Assembly: GCA_964453605.1 (NCBI GenBank)
Contig: CAYVOI010000001.1
Location: forward strand, 676,095-740,094
From: an uncultured Gammaproteobacteria bacterium
GTDB taxonomy: Bacteria; Patescibacteriota; Patescibacteriia; Veblenbacterales; UBA10138
DNA length: 64,000 bases
Direction of reading: 5' to 3'
Positions 63,180 to 64,000 of the stretch are shown here, in pieces; within the stretch, counting starts at the first letter, position 1, and the number at the start of each line of letters is the position of its first letter. The notes under the pieces are model-generated. The model saw nothing but the letters and a program-made list of their open reading frames with translations, had not been told where the DNA came from and did not search any database. A program made the position numbers and the translations under genes.

Positions 63180-64000
63180 TTATTTTAATTTTTCCATTAC
63201 ATAAGCCGCCAGTTCTGCCATCGCTACCCGCTCCTGTTTCATGGTATCTCGATCGCGCACGGTGACTGCTTTGTCTTGAAGCGTTTCAAAATCCACCGTT
63301 ATACAGTACGGCGTGCCAATTTCGTCTTGCCGCCTATAGCGCTTGCCAATGGACTGCGTGTCGTCATACTCAACAGAAAACTGCTGCCTGAGTTCACTCG
63401 CGAGTTTGGTTGACACTTGGGCCAGCTCGTCTTTTTTCGACAGCGGCAGCACAGCCACCTGAATAGGCGCGAGGTGTTTGGGAAGCCTTAGCACAATGCG
63501 CGTTTCGGTTTTTCCATCTTCGGCTGTGGGTGCCTCTTCCTCATGGTACGCCTCAAGCAGAGTTACGAGCAGGGTGCGCTCCAAACCCATGGAGGGTTCC
63601 ACCACGTGGGGCATAAACGTCTCTTTGGTTTCAGGGTCGGTGTAGGTAAGGTCGGCACCAGAGGCCTTAGCGTGTTGGGCTAAATCGTAATCGGTTCGAT
63701 ACGCTAATCCATACAGCTCCTTTTGCCCAAACGGGTACTGGTATTCAATGTCGATAGTACGCTTGGAGTAGTGAGCGCGCTCACCCTCGGGAATTTCGTG
63801 GAACACCAAGTGTTTGTCGCTGACCCCCAAACTCTTGAGCCAGGACTTCATAACGGAAAGCCACATATCGAACGCCTGCTCCCAAGTTTCGGGCTTTACA
63901 AAGTACTCCAGCTCCATAATTTCAAACTCGCGCGTACGGAAAATAAAGTTGCCTGGCGTAATCTCGTTACGGAACGCCTTGCCAAGCTGGGCAATGCCAA
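63180..64000 (-). CDS. glyQS: glycine--tRNA ligase (class II, single-chain type), 5'-partial because the N-terminus lies beyond the window end
   Basis: 'ELEYFVKPETW', 'ERTLLVTLLEAYHEE', and a C-terminal anticodon-binding domain. The ORF is open to the window edge. Confidence 0.8.
   Translation of the reverse strand, partial: GIAQLGKAFRNEITPGNFIFRTREFEIMELEYFVKPETWEQAFDMWLSVMKSWLKSLGVSDKHLVFHEIPEGERAHYSKRTIDIEYQYPFGQKELYGLAYRTDYDLAQHAKASGADLTYTDPETKETFMPHVVEPSMGLERTLLVTLLEAYHEEEAPTAEDGKTETRIVLRLPKHLAPIQVAVLPLSKKDELAQVSTKLASELRQQFSVEYDDTQSIGKRYRRQDEIGTPYCITVDFETLQDKAVTVRDRDTMKQERVAMAELAAYVMEKLK

Overview
This is a ~58% GC bacterial chromosomal segment. It is gene-dense, has short intergenic spacers, and about 58 of ~61 genes lie on the minus strand. 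The gene content (compact housekeeping operons interrupted by small low-GC genes, many Thr/Ser/Gly-rich secreted proteins) is compatible with a Patescibacteria/CPR-like or other small-genome lineage. I cannot confirm the lineage without a database search.

Content from left to right:
- A surface-glycan biosynthesis cluster: three GT4/GT2 glycosyltransferases, a DoxX-like protein, a DUF2304-like protein, a DPM1-like GT2, two NAD-dependent sugar-nucleotide epimerase/decarboxylase SDRs, and a GtrA-family protein.
- A secreted S8 protease with FG-GAP repeats and several large Thr-rich surface proteins.
- An ECF sigma factor with a putative anti-sigma gene.
- A complete diversity-generating retroelement (DGR): reverse transcriptase, Avd-like gene, template repeat and variable repeat, sitting next to an AT-rich island and an HTH gene.
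- A B12-binding radical SAM gene.
- gyrB, with pheT and pheS split by a PD-(D/E)xK-like gene, a DUF721 protein, and a UvrD-like helicase-nuclease.
- An ArsR-family regulator with a palindromic operator motif found at three sites.
- A complete F1Fo ATP synthase operon interrupted by two low-GC genes.
- Cohesin-like and dockerin-containing surface proteins.
- Paralogous secreted proteins sharing a C-terminal module.
- rmuC, two hypothetical genes bracketed by long palindromic repeats, tatD, cvpA, metG, rsmI, an AI-2E transporter, an M16 peptidase, a Ham1-family NTPase, and a partial glyQS.

I found no rRNA, CRISPR array or convincing tRNA. The most notable system is the DGR at ~20.3-23.5 kb.
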